A stretch of 63,981 bases of DNA, the filler included, from Octopus bimaculoides (Eukaryota), in NCBI RefSeq assembly GCF_001194135.2. It is 5 parts of 5 records of this genome, joined end to end, with 100 filler letters (N's around TTAATTAATTAA, not from the genome) between each part and the next. Parts side by side here need not be neighbours in the genome. Positions count along the whole stretch, not along the records: positions 1 to 17,916 come from NC_069005.1; positions 18,017 to 36,495 come from NC_068997.1; 3 more parts are not named here. One strand, 5' to 3'. Shown here one piece after another: positions 13,030-25,720 of this stretch; within the stretch, counting starts at the first letter, position 1; the number at the start of each line of letters is the position of its first letter. Below the pieces are notes generated by a model, which searched no databases, was not told where the DNA came from, and saw only the letters and a program-made list of their open reading frames with translations. The position numbers were made by a program, and so were the translations under genes.

Positions 13030-14594
13030 NNNNNNNNNNNNNNNNNNNNNNNNNNNNNNNNNNNNNNNNNNNNNNNNNNNNNNNNNNNNNNNNNNNNNNN
13101 NNNNNNNNNNNNNNNNNNNNNNNNNNNNNNNNNNNNNNNNNNNNNNNNNNNNNNNNNNNNNNNNNNNNNNNNNNNNNNNNNNNNNNNNNNNNNNNNNNNN
13201 NNNNNNNNNNNNNNNNNNNNNNNNNNNNNNNNNNNNNNNNNNNNNNNNNNNNNNNNNNNNNNNNNNNNNNNNNNNNNNNNNNNNNNNNNNNNNNNNNNNN
13301 NNNNNNNNNNNNNNNNNNNNNNNNNNNNNNNNNNNNNNNNNNNNNNNNNNNNNNNNNNNNNNNNNNNNNNNNNNNNNNNNNNNNNNNNNNNNNNNNNNNN
13401 NNNNNNNNNNNNNNNNNNNNNNNNNNNNNNNNNNNNNNNNNNNNNNNNNNNNNNNNNNNNNNNNNNNNNNNNNNNNNNNNNNNNNNNNNNNNNNNNNNNN
13501 NNNNNNNNNNNNNNNNNNNNNNNNNNNNNNNNNNNNNNNNNNNNNNNNNNNNNNNNNNNNNNNNNNNNNNNNNNNNNNNNNNNNNNNNNNNNNNNNNNNN
13601 NNNNNNNNNNNNNNNNNNNNNNNNNNNNNNNNNNNNNNNNNNNNNNNNNNNNNNNNNNNNNNNNNNNNNNNNNNNNNNNNNNNNNNNNNNNNNNNNNNNN
13701 NNNNNNNNNNNNNNNNNNNNNNNNNNNNNNNNNNNNNNNNNNNNNNNNNNNNNNNNNNNNNNNNNNNNNNNNNNNNNNNNNNNNNNNNNNNNNNNNNNNN
13801 NNNNNNNNNNNNNNNNNNNNNNNNNNNNNNNNNNNNNNNNNNNNNNNNNNNNNNNNNNNNNNNNNNNNNNNNNNNNNNNNNNNNNNNNNNNNNNNNNNNN
13901 NNNNNNNNNNNNNNNNNNNTACACAAAAGTATACTATTCATACATATACATAAATATACAAACATATGTATATATACATACATACATACATACATACATG
14001 CATACACATACATACATGCATACATACACACACACATATATGTATAAAATGTACACGGATATACACAACGTAAGCTCACATGGATACAGTAACATACACA
14101 AGTAAACACGTACATATATGCATATATGTATGCATATACGTATGTATGTATGTATGTACGTATGTATGTAGATATGTATTTATGTACGTTTGTATGTATG
14201 TATGTATGTACACATGTATGTACGTACACATGTATGTATGTATGTATGTATGTATGTACACATGTATGTACGTACACATGTATGTATGTATGTGTATGGA
14301 TGTATGTACTATGTATGTATTTCTGTATCTGTATGTATGTATGTACGCACATATTTATGTGTGTATGTATCTATGTATGTATGTGTGCATGTATGCGGGC
14401 GTGTGAGTAGGTATGATGGTAGGGTGGCTGTGGAAGTGACGATATAGGAATCTATTTAATATGCTCGAAACATCTCCCAAACTATTTTAATTATTCATCT
14501 AAAAATAGATCATGTGACCTTCGAATGACTCTGTTTTGCCACCATCATAATGTGTGTATGCATGCGTGCCTGTGTGTGCTTGTGTATATGCATA

Positions 14595-14629
<35 letters not shown>

Positions 14630-14744
14630 TCAATATAGGTAAACATACCGGCTAAAGGTTTGCAATAAAGAGTGACGTGTGTCTCTGTGTGTACAGTTAT
14701 ATATGTATGTATACATATACATATGTTTGTATGTGTATATGGTG

Positions 14745-15064
14745 GTGGTTGTCTACTCCTTAAACAGAGTTTGACCACCTCCTGCACCTACACCTTAGCC
14801 CTTTCATGGCGTCTGATGTGGCTTTTTAAACCAGACAGTGTTTTGAAAAAACACCCACACAGATTGCACCTCTGATTTGCACTACCAATACCTGCAAGTA
14901 AGTTCTGCTCAGTGTGGATCCTAACATGTCTTTTAAGACCCCCATTGGATTTGCAAACCCTCTGGCACACACCACATTCAAACGTGTGCACAGACATATA
15001 ATCAGAATAGCTGGGTGAGGTTTGTTTTCCATGGGTTCGCAGGTGTATAAATATGTATAAATAT
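14745..15064 (-). mobile_element. probable LINE 3' end encoding tandem C2H2 zinc fingers (ORF open from gap edge 15063 to stop 14788)
   Basis: Translation ...IHLRTH...CGVCQRVCKSNGGLKRHVRIH...CNLCGCFFKTLSGLKSHIRRH*. Short 3' UTR gtggtcaaactc...gacaaccaccacc is echoed at 5770-5810. Confidence 0.6.
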
Positions 15065-15959
15065 NNNNNNNNNNNNNNNNNNNNNNNNNNNNNNNNNNNN
15101 NNNNNNNNNNNNNNNNNNNNNNNNNNNNNNNNNNNNNNNNNNNNNNNNNNNNNNNNNNNNNNNNNNNNNNNNNNNNNNNNNNNNNNNNNNNNNNNNNNNN
15201 NNNNNNNNNNNNNNNNNNNNNNNNNNNNNNNNNNNNNNNNNNNNNNNNNNNNNNNNNNNNNNNNNNNNNNNNNNNNNNNNNATCTCCTCCAGCTGGCTTA
15301 TCGACACACGACTGTGTCCTGTTTGCCAAGGGAAGTTATCCCTCTCACCTCGATCTGCAGCACGAACGTATCCGGATTTCAGGGTTATTTCCCTTCGTCG
15401 GCGTCCGACAGCTGCTGACCTTGGTGAGAGAGACAAAAACCTGGCAATCTTATATCTTCTTTTCCAGTGAAATTCTTCACTGATATCGAAAAGGTGAAAA
15501 CAAGCAATGTTAATTCTCTAAATGAAGTATTAACAGTAACTGCACGATAAAGTGTAGTATATTGCCACTTAAGTGTGGCTGACCCCTAGGGGTGGATGTT
15601 ACTGTTGCTTTTAGCCCCAGGAGGACATCTCCTCCAGCTGGCTTATCGACACACGCGCGCGCACGCACACACACACACACACATTCATAGTGGTCGAACG
15701 GAGTAATACGAAAGTCACTTGATCTCTTTTGAGATTAATCATTCAGCTGGCAAACTCGAGTTTCTGTGTTACATACACAGTGGGATTGAACCCAAATCCT
15801 CGTGATTCGTGCTTCCAGAGCGAGTTTCTTAACCACCCAGCCGCACCAGCGTCTATCAATATTTTTAAGAGATTCAGTTCATGCGCGCTTAACTTTGTAC
15901 GTGTACACATATTTCTGGGCCGATGTATACATGCATAGTTATCGCTTTGCAAACAAAAA

Positions 15960-16250
15960 GGCGCCGGGTTCGATCCTCCGTGGCATCTTGGGCAAGTGTT
16001 ATTGTTAAAAAAAAAAAGAACCCTATCTTGTAAATGAAATTCGGTGAACAGAAACTGTACAGAAGCCTGTTTGGTGGACTATATTTTTGATTCTACCTCA
16101 TCACACGCACTGTCACGCTAATTCTGATTGAGAATATACGCTGAGGGAACGTATGTCCGTGGAACACTCAGCCTATTAGAGACAAAATTCAGTTAGCGAA
16201 GTAATTCAGTTGATCGATGCCTGAATCCTTGTCGTCGAATAACGGAGATC
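15960..16250 (+). mobile_element. chimeric SINE: family A-like head with family C-like 3' part
   Basis: gggttcgatcc...cttgggcaagtg...gaaactgtacagaagcc (A-like) then tgtcacgct...gagaatatacgctgagggaacgtatgtccgtggaacactcagcc (resembles 21260-21330). Confidence 0.5.
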
Positions 16251-16527
16251 CACCTGACCATATTGCCCCGGGAGGGTGACCACGGGCCAAGTGTCGACAT
16301 CATCAATGACCTCCTTGATGACGACACTCTCTTTCTTCCTACCTCTGTCGCCCCTCACTCATATAAAGCCTGTTATTATATCACGTTACCTCTCTAATTC
16401 ACTCTATATTATAAAGCTCTGGATTCCTCTTCCTTTCCCTCACTTACACACCCTATACCTTTCTCTTAAATTTTTAATTGTAATCCTAGCACACGTAAGG
16501 GACTGACTCGCTTGCCAGCTGACTGAT

Positions 16528-16528
<1 letters not shown>

Positions 16529-16566
<38 letters not shown>

Positions 16567-17300
16567 TCTTCTTCTTCTTCTCCTCTCTCTCTCTTCTTCT
16601 TCTTCTTCTTCTCCTCTCTCTCTCTCTTCTTCTTCTTCTTCTCCTTCTCTCTCTCTCTCTTCTTCTTCTTCTTCTTCTCCTCTCTCTCTCTTCTTCTTCT
16701 TCTTCTTCTCTCTCTCTCTTCTTCTTCTTCTTCTTCTCCTCTCTCTCTCTCTTCTTCTTCTTCTTCTTCTTCTCCTCTCTCTCTCTTCTTCTTCTTCTTC
16801 TTCTCCTCTCTCTCTCTCTTCTTCTTCTTCTTCTCCTCTCTCTCTCTTCTTTTTCTTCTTCTCCTCTCTCTCTCCCTCTTCTTCTTCTTCTTCTCTCTCT
16901 CTTCTTCTTCTTCTTCTCCTCTCTCTCTCTTCTTCTTCTTCTCCTCTCTCTCTCTCTCTTCTTCTTCTTCTTCTCCTCTCTCTCTTCTTCTTATTCTTCT
17001 TCTCCTCTCTCTCTCTCTTCTTCTTCTCCTCTCTCTCACTCTTCTTCTTCTTCTTCTCTCTCTCTTCTTCTTCTTCTTCTCCTCTCTCTCTTCTTCTTCT
17101 TCTTCTCCTCTCTCTCTCTTCTTCTTCTTCTTCTCCTCTCTCTCTCTTCTTCTTCTCCTCTCTCTTCTTCTTCTTCTTCTCCTCTCTCTCTCTCTCTTCT
17201 TCTTCTTCTTCTCCTCTCTCTCTCTTCTTCTTCTTCTCCTCTCTCTCTCTCTTCTTCTTCTTCTTCTCCTCTCTCTCTCTCTCTCTCTCCCCCTCTCTCT
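16529..17300. repeat. compound (CT)n/(CTT)n polypyrimidine minisatellite
   Basis: About 770 nt of almost only C/T in alternating CT and CTT blocks. Confidence 0.95.
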
Positions 17301-17604
17301 TGCTCTCATTCTCTCTATCGCTCTCAATAACTGACCTTACGATTATCTGTCTCCTTCTTGCACCACTCTCATCACAGCCACAGCGTTCTACTTTCCGCAC
17401 ACGTTCTAATCGCCGCGTCAGAAACATGGAAACTATCATGCGTAAGAGAGACACGTGACTAGGCAATTATCATATTCATATTTATAAATATATTTATATG
17501 TGTGTGTGTGAGTGTATGCGTATGTGTATGTGTGTGCGTGTGTATGTATGTACGCACACATCCACAGATACCTCTCCTTCTCTTGCTATAAATGTGTCTC
17601 TAGG

Positions 17605-17916
17605 TCCCGGGTTCAGTCCCACTGCGTGACACCTTGGGCAAGTGTCTTCTGCTATAGCCTCAGGCAGACCAAAGCCTCGTGAGTGGATTTGGTAGACGGA
17701 AACTGGAAGAAGCCCGTCGTACATGTATATATATATATATGTATATGTATGCGTGTGTATATGTTTGTTTGTCTATTTGTCCCCCCCCCCACACACACAC
17801 ACCCCCAGCATCGCTTGACAACCGATGTTGGTGTGTTTACGTCCCCGTAACTTAGAGATCGATAGAATAGTTACTAGGCTTGCAAAGAATAAGCTCTGGG
17901 GTCGATTTGCTCAACT
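17605..17916 (+). mobile_element. SINE family A (to gap); inverted 5' half follows at 18035-18201
   Basis: Matches the family A copy at 30961; the second copy is reverse-complemented. Confidence 0.85.
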
Positions 17917-18211
17917 NNNNNNNNNNNNNNNNNNNNNNNNNNNNNNNNNNNNNNNNNNNNTTAATTAATTAANNNNNNNNNNNNNNNNNNNNNNNNNNNN
18001 NNNNNNNNNNNNNNNNTATATATACACACATACATATACGACGGGCTTCTTCCAGTTTCCGTCTCCCAAATCCACTCACATGGCTTTGATCGGCCCGAAG
18101 CTATAGTAGAAGACACTTGCCCAAGGTGCCACGCAGTGGGACTGAAACCCAGGGCCATGTGGTTGGTAAGCAAGCTACTTACCACACAGCCACTCCTGCG
18201 CCCTATATACA

Positions 18212-18283
<72 letters not shown>

Positions 18284-19240
18284 TCAACAAGTGAGATCTA
18301 GAGATGGTCAATATAGAAAACACTTAGTAGTGCTCACATGATTTGAACTTACACTCTGAAGTCCTTATCAAGGATTATGTCCGTAGAGTAAAGAGTGACT
18401 ATAAGAAAAATCCAGGGGAGCTGGCATGGAGATAGTGATGCAGATAAACAAAATTAGGCATGATATATACAAATATACATACATGTGTATGTATTGTATG
18501 TATGTATGTGTGTGTATATATATATATATATATATAAGGATACATATAGAGAGAAACAAAAACAAGTATTCAGAAGATAAACACTTACGTACAAGCATAT
18601 AGATATTTATATTTATTGGTTTGAAATTTTGGCATAAGGTCAGCAATTTTGACAATCGATGTTAGTGTACTTATGTCTCTGTAACTTACCAATTTGGCAA
18701 AAAAGACCGATAGAATAAGTACAAGGTTTACAAAGAATAAGTCCTGGGGTTGATTTGTTCGACTAAAGGTGGTGCTCCAGCATGGCCACAGTCAAATGAC
18801 TGAAAGAACCTGAAATAAAATTTAATCCTAACATATTTTTTCTAGAAAAACTTGGTTTTTTTTTTAATCTCTTTTTGAAAATACTTTACTAATTAATAAC
18901 ATCATTAAGTTAAGCTGACTTTAACTAAAAGCATGACCTGAAACTCCATCCATTGCTAATTTACTTAATTATGTAAATGACGTTATTTTCTAGTCAGTAA
19001 CTGCTTGCAGTGCTTTGCAATGTGCAACGTTAGTTTTTCTAAGAAAAAGGATAACATAGAATATTCAAAAAATAAGATGGTACCCCTATGTTAAATTTCA
19101 GCCATCTTCGTGAAAAACTATAGCCTACAACTGGGAACAAACGCACATACTCATATATACTTGCCCAAGGTGTTGTACAGAGGGTATGAACCTAGAGCTG
19201 CATAATCGTAGAGTGAGTTTCAAAAACACATACCCATGCC

Positions 19241-19540
19241 TGACTGGCTCCCGTAGGATTTTCGAGTGAGATCGTTGCCAGTGCCCCTGGACTGGCTTGT
19301 GCGGGTGGCACATAAAAGACACCATTTCGAGCGTGGCCGTTTTCGTGCAGGTGACACGTAAAAGCACCCACTACACTCTCTGAGTGGTTGGCATTAGGAA
19401 GGGCATCCAGCTGTAGAAACTCTGTCAAATTAGATTGGAGCCTGGTGTTGCCATCCGGTTTCACCAGTCCTCAGTCAAATCGTCCAACCCGTGCTAGCAT
19501 GGAAAGCGGACGTTAAACGATGATGATGATGATGATGATG
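19241..19540 (+). mobile_element. SINE family D with (GAT)n tail (other copies 21571-21791, 21916-22110, 26747-27120)
   Basis: Shared gtaaaagcacccactacactctcggagtggttggcgttaggaagggcatccagc core and gcatggaaagcggacgttaaacgatgatgat end. Confidence 0.85.
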
Positions 19541-19734
19541 CATACACATATATCATGATGGATTTATAATACTATTAGTTTTGGTGTTGCTGGTGTAATT
19601 TTAATTAAAAAACATTATTTTCACTACATTATGTACATTAGCATCTGTTTAGTTATATGTTCTACTTGCAGTGGTATCCCTGGGAAGCTTTTTTCCTGGT
19701 CTCTAACTGATGTATGGTTTACTGGTAATACCCG

Positions 19735-20131
19735 TTTACTTGTTTCAGTCATTTGACTGCGGCCATGCTGGAGCACCGCCTTTAGTCGAGTAAATCAACC
19801 CCGGGATTTATTCTTTGTGAGCCGAGTACTTATTCTATCGGTCTGTTTTGCCGAACCACTAAGTGACGGGGACATAAACACACCAGCATCGGTTGTCAAG
19901 CAATGCTAGGGGGACAAACACAGACACACAAACACACACACATATATATATACATACATATATTATATGACGAGCTTTTTTCAGTTTCCGTCTACCAAAT
20001 CCACTCACAAGGCTTTGGTCGGCCCGAGGTTATAGCAGAAGACACTTGCCCAAGGTGCCACGCAGTGGGACTGAACCTGGAAGTATGCGGCTGGTAAGCA
20101 AGCTACTTACCACACAGCCACTCCTGCGCCT
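19735..20131 (-). mobile_element. SINE family A, full length
   Basis: Reverse complement of 30961-31359. Confidence 0.9.
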
Positions 20132-20453
20132 AGAAATTGTTGTTTAACCCCAAGTCATCCCCATCTATAATGCTGCTCTAGTTGAGATCATTTTAGTTTT
20201 GTTATTCATGGATAGTGTATCTAGAACTACATTATCCAGAGTTTCCTTCCGTTTTTTAAGATGGTAGAAAACTGATTTAAGGGAGATATAGCTGTTATTT
20301 CCAGCAGGGTGAGCAACAACAGAGAGTCCCTCAGGGTCTTAAGTAGTAATAGAACATTGGAAGCAATGTACCTAATACACCCATGTAACATTCAACATCC
20401 CCAAAAAATCATATACCATAACATACTACACAGTCCAATTACATAACAGGAAT

Positions 20454-20498
<45 letters not shown>

Positions 20499-20915
20499 AA
20501 GAGGAGAAAGATTTGTATTGTTTTATAGTTACTGAAGTTATTAGAACAAGCATGTACAGTGTTATTTCTTTTTATTTTATTATTTTGTAAGTAACAAGCT
20601 GGATACAGAGGGAAGAGATATCAACACACAAGTCCAAAGTGTTTTGCAATATGTCTGTATACTCTGGATGAATTGTATCACATGGTATATTCGACCAACT
20701 CAACTCGGTTCAAAATAAACTCCATATCACTGCAGTTGACAGAGAAGAGGCTGCTGAAAAAAATTTCATTACGATTAGCTTACATCACAAGTTGTTGAGC
20801 AACAGTTTTCTACAAAAACCATGCAGGTGGTAACCATTCAGAACCCAGAGCTATGCTGTTACTACAGCAAAAAATAATATCATTGTACAAAGCCTAATGT
20901 TTTCACATATACATC

Positions 20916-21875
20916 AGGCATAGCCAAGTGGTTATGAAGCCCACTTTGCAGCCACATGGTTGCTCTTGGGTACATCCTACAGTGTCGTACCCAAGGAAAG
21001 TGTCTTCTACTATATATAACCTTGGTCTGGTGGAGGCCTAATGGCCTAGTGGTTAGGGCAGCGGACTCGTGGTCATGAGATCGCGGTTTCGATTCCCAGA
21101 CCGGGCATTGTGAGTGTTTATTGAGCGAAAACACCTAAAGCTCCATGAGGCTCCGGCAGGGGGTGGTGGTGAACCCTGCTGTACTCTTTCACCACAACTT
21201 TCTCTCACTCTTTCTTCCTGTTTCTGTTGTGCCTGTAATTCAAAGGGTCAGCCTTGTCACACTGTGTCACGCTGAATATCCCCGAGAATTATGTTAAGGG
21301 TACACGTGTCTGTGGAGTGCTCAGCCACTTGCACGTTAATTTCATGAGCAGGCTGTTCCGTTGATCGGATCAACTGGAACCCTCGACGTCGTAAGCGACT
21401 GAGTGCCAACAACAACAAACTTTAGGCTGGCCGATGCCTTGTGAGTGAATCTGATAGGTGGAAATTGTGTTTGTACCTCAACTGCTGTTGATTTTGTTTA
21501 TGTCCCTCTAACTTAGTGGTTTGGCAAAGGGGAGCCAATAGAGTAAGTATCAGACTTAAAAATAAGTATTGGTGCCATGTAAAAGATATTGTTGTGGGAG
21601 CTGGTGCCATGTAAAAAGCACGAGGTACACTCTGTGGAGTGAGTGGCATGAGGAAGGACATCCTGCCATAGAAACCAAGCAAAAACAGACTATGGAACCT
21701 TGTGTGGCCCCTGGCCTTGCCAGTTCCAGTGAAGCCATCCAACCAATGTGAACATGGGAAACATATTAAAGGTTGATGACGATGATGATGACTGGGATTG
21801 ATTTGACCATCTAAACCATTCAATGTAGTGATCCAGCATGGCTGCAATCCAAAGACTGAACCCAACAAAAAGATA
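20916..21875 (+). mobile_element. old family A SINE interrupted by a family C (21031-21420) and a family D (21571-21791) insertion
   Basis: The family A sequence resumes in register after each insert. Confidence 0.75.
21031..21420 (+). mobile_element. SINE family C, full length, tRNA-like head, (CAA)n tail
   Basis: Head tggcctagtggttagggcagcggactcg...ggtttcgattccc (A/B boxes); matches 28468-28807 and 36300-36495. Confidence 0.9.
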
Positions 21876-22896
21876 AATGATATGATAAAAGATGTCTGAT
21901 TCCAAAATAGGCCTTTGTGCCGGTGGCACGTAAAAGCACCCACTACACTCTCGGAGTGGTTGGCGTTAGGAAGGGCATCCAGCCATAGAAACCATGCCAA
22001 ATCAGATTGGAGCCTGGTGTAGCCATCTGGTTCACCAGTCCTCAGTCAAATCGTCCAACCCATGCTAGCATGGAAAATGGACGTTAAACGACGACGATGA
22101 TGATGATGATTCATTGAATAGGAGCTTAATACACTTGTGTATTAATAAATAGAACAAACTTTTAAAAGCTGCACTTGAAACAATCTTAGTAGATGGAAAG
22201 CAAGCTTTCAAAGGTTAAGTTGTCCAAATACAGCTTACCATTCTCAAAGTTCTTGATACAGTAAACGATTAATTCGTTGTTGGACCTTACTTTGAGTCCT
22301 TACATCCAACAAGGTAATTGTTCCTAAATGCATCTAATATTAAAATAATATTTCTTCTGACGATATGAAAGTCTTTCATCATATCCTTATGATTTGGTCA
22401 CTGATGTTTTACATAACAGTATCGTCTACAACTGTGCTCTGATTCTATGTTGGGGTTATAACATCTCTAGAGTTCCAAATGCACTGAAGTGAATAAGACT
22501 CAATTAGGTCAACATCATTATACAGTTCTATTTTCTAGGCTGTGTTCATTTGAATTACAGAATGATCTATATTCTCAACGGGGGCCATAGTACCAAAGTT
22601 ATTTTAGTGCAAGGCTAGATATATATTAATACAATGAATTATATAAACAAATTGCAGGTGCAGCATTTCAGCTAGAATAGATGAGACTATATCACAGCAT
22701 AACACATACACACTTGAAGTGCAGGCATGGCTGCATGTGTAAGTTTATTTTGCAACCACATGACTTCAGGTTCAATCCCACTTTGTGAGGGTTGCACAAT
22801 GCCTAGTGAGTGAAATTTGAGCAACAGAATCTCTATAGAAGTCTCCATATATATATATATATATATATAAAGTGTGTGAGTGTGTGTGTGTGTGTA

Positions 22897-23075
22897 AGGC
22901 TGTGAGCTGGCAAAATCGTTAGCACTTCAAGTGAAATGCTTAGTAGTATTTCACCTATCGTTACATTCTCAGTTCAAATTCTGGTGAAGTTGACTTTGCT
23001 TTTCATCCTTTCAGGATCAATAAAATAAGTACCAGTTGAGTACCGAGGCTGATATAATTGATTTAATTACTCCTG
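22897..23075 (+). mobile_element. SINE family B
   Basis: aaggctgtgagctggcaaaatcgttagc...cagttcaaattctgg...ataagtaccagttgag. Confidence 0.8.
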
Positions 23076-24006
23076 GGTTTCTGTATAAAAAACTGTACCC
23101 CTCTGCCAAGCCATATCGAACCAGTGTGGAAGAGTCGGCTCATCAAACCAGTGTGATCTCAACCTCAAATTCATGGCCTCCACAACAGACCGAGGTTGTA
23201 CGTCTTTGTCCTGCAGTGGACTGTAAATGAGCAATCCATTCAATTCTCTGTGTGTGTGTGTGTGTGTGTAGATGTAGGTATGGTTTATAGGCACAGGCAT
23301 AGCTGTGTCATTTAATAAGTTTGCTTCACAACCATATGGTTTTGGGTTTAGTCCCACTGAGGCAAGTGGCCTGTGGCCAAGTCTTCTACTAAAGTCCTTA
23401 GGCAACCAATGCCTACTTTTAGTAAAATTGGTAGATAGTGAAGTATTGGCATAGAATAAAGTATTTTATTTGAAAACAAAGGTTAGCACCAGGAAAGGCA
23501 CCAGGCCATAGAATATTATTTCAAGAAGTTTCTTCCAACCCATGCTAGTATGGGAAAAGCAAATATAAAGATGATGATGGCGACAATGATGACTTTGTTG
23601 GATTTTGAGCTAACCAGTTTCAGTCAGAGGGCTGTGGCCATGCTGGGACATCATCTTAAAGAGTTCAGTCAAACAAAATAACCCCAGTACTTATTTTTAA
23701 GTACTGGTACTTATTTACTCAGTTGCTTTTGCAAGGAGAAAAAATCTTCTAAATTTTACTTGTTTCAGTCATTTGACTGTGGCCATGCTGGAGTATCAAC
23801 TTAAAAGGTTTCAGCTGAACAAATCACACATACATGCACATACAGGTTTCCACACAGTTTCTGTCTACAAACTTAATTGACAAGGCATTGATTGGTCTGG
23901 ATCTACAGCAGGGGATACCTACTCAAGGTGCTGTGCATTGTGACTGATCCCAGAACTATGTGGCTGCAAAGCCTTAGCTAATAAGTATGAAAATACAAAA
24001 TGTTAG

Positions 24007-24454
24007 TAATAATAATAATAATCCTTTCTACTATAGGCACAAGGCCTGAAATCTTATGGGAAGGAGACTAGACAATTACGTCAACCCAGTACTCAACTGG
24101 TACTTAATTTATTGACCCCGAAAGATGAAAGGAAGAGTCACTCAGTGGAATTTGAACTTAAAACAAAAATACAGGTGAAATGCTGCTAAGTATTTTACCT
24201 TGCATACTAATGATTCTGCCAACTCACCACCTTAAATAATAACAGTTTCAAAGTTTGGCACAAGGCCAGCAATTTCAGGGATGGGAGTAAGTTGATTACA
24301 TCGACCTCAGTGCTCGACTTATACTTATTTTACTGACCCAAAAGGATAAAAGGCAAAGTTGACCTCAGTGGAATTTGAACTCAGAACATAAAGATAGACA
24401 AAATACTAGTAAGTATTTTGCCCAGTGCAATAACAATTCTGTCAGTTCACCATC

Positions 24455-24486
<32 letters not shown>

Positions 24487-25720
24487 CCTTTCTACTGAAG
24501 GCACAAGACCAGAAACTTAGGGGATGAGATAGTCAATTACGTTAACCCCAGTGTTTCACTGGTATCTAATTTATCGACCCCAAAAGGATGAAAGGCGAAG
24601 TCAACCTTGGCGGAATTTGAACACAGAATGTAGCGACAAGCAAAACACCGCTAAGAATTTTGTCCAGTGTGTTAACGAGGCCTGAAAGTTTCAGGAAGGG
24701 GACTACTTGATTACATAAACCCTAGTGCTCAACTTGTACTTATTTCATCAACCCCGAAAGGATGAAAGGCAAAGTCGACCTCAGCAGAATTTGAACTCAG
24801 AATGTAAGGACTGACAAAATACTTGGCATGTTAACGATTCTGCCAGCTTGCCATCTTAATAATAATAATCCTTTCTACTAAAGGTACAAGGCCTGAAATT
24901 TGGGAGAGGAGACTAGTCAATTACATCAACCTCGAAAGGATGAAAGGCAAAATCAACTTCAGTGGAATTTGAAGTTACAGCATAGCAGCAGATGAAATAT
25001 CGCAAAGCATTTCACCTGGCATGCTAACGATTCTGCTAGCTCACCTCCTTGATAATGATAATGAATAATCATCCTTTCTACTATAGGCACGAGGCCTGAA
25101 ATTTTTGGGGAAGGGGTAAGTCGATTACATCAACCCTGGTGTTTAACTGGTATTTATTTCATTGACCCCGAAAGGATGAAAGGTAAAGTTGACCTCATTG
25201 GAATTAGAACCCAGAGCATAAAGACAGGCAAAATGCAGCTAAGCATTTTGCCTAGCATGCTAATGATTCTGCCAGCTAGTGGCCCAAATTTTGGTATAAA
25301 ACCAGCAGTTTTAAGAGGAAGGAAATAAGCAACGCATTTCACCCTAGTATTTATTCCATTGATTTCACCACTAATTTTTGTTTCTAACTTAGGCAGAAAG
25401 CTAGTAGTTTTGAAGAGAGGAGATAGCGATAGGTAAATCCAAGTGACCCCAGTAATTGACTAGCACTTTATTTTTATAAACCCCAGAAGGAATGAAAAAC
25501 AAAGTTGACCTGTATAGGAGTTGAGCTCAGAATGCAAAGAACTGCAAGAAATACTGCAAGGTAACTTTTCTGACACTAACAGATTCTGCCAGCTCACTTG
25601 CTTTCATAATAATAATAATGGTTTCAAATTTTGCCACAAGGGCAGCAATTTTGTGGGAGGGGATGGGTTGATTACATTGACCCAGTGTTCAACGGGTACT
25701 TATTTTATTGAACTAAGAAG
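24007..25720 (-). mobile_element. head-to-tail array of about 9 diverged family B SINE units (about 210 bp), mostly joined by (TAA)n; further units at 26300-26730, 27125-27340 and 29488-30153
   Basis: Each unit carries gaaaggatgaaaggcaaagtcgacctc...ggaatttgaactcagaa...ctaacgattctgccagctc; all share one orientation. Confidence 0.9.

Noticed and set aside
16440-17466. 295-326 aa E/K/R-rich ORFs
   Set aside because: Translation of the CT/CTT tract.
17961-17972. TTAATTAATTAA islands inside N runs (also 36540-36551, 40169-40180, 62487-62498)
   Set aside because: Identical all-frame-stop linker flanked by Ns; an assembly spacer, not biology. One un-gapped occurrence at 4199-4210 may be natural.
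20597-20830. Exon-like segment (65 open codons on plus; good acceptor at 20754 on minus)
   Set aside because: No matching donor/acceptor pair with an open frame and no recognisable motif.
21035-21110. tRNA gene
   Set aside because: The tRNA-like sequence is the head of a multi-copy SINE and continues into the SINE body.
24007-25720. CRISPR-like regular repeat array
   Set aside because: Units are about 210-bp SINEs with Pol III boxes, there are no unique spacers or cas genes, and the context is eukaryotic.
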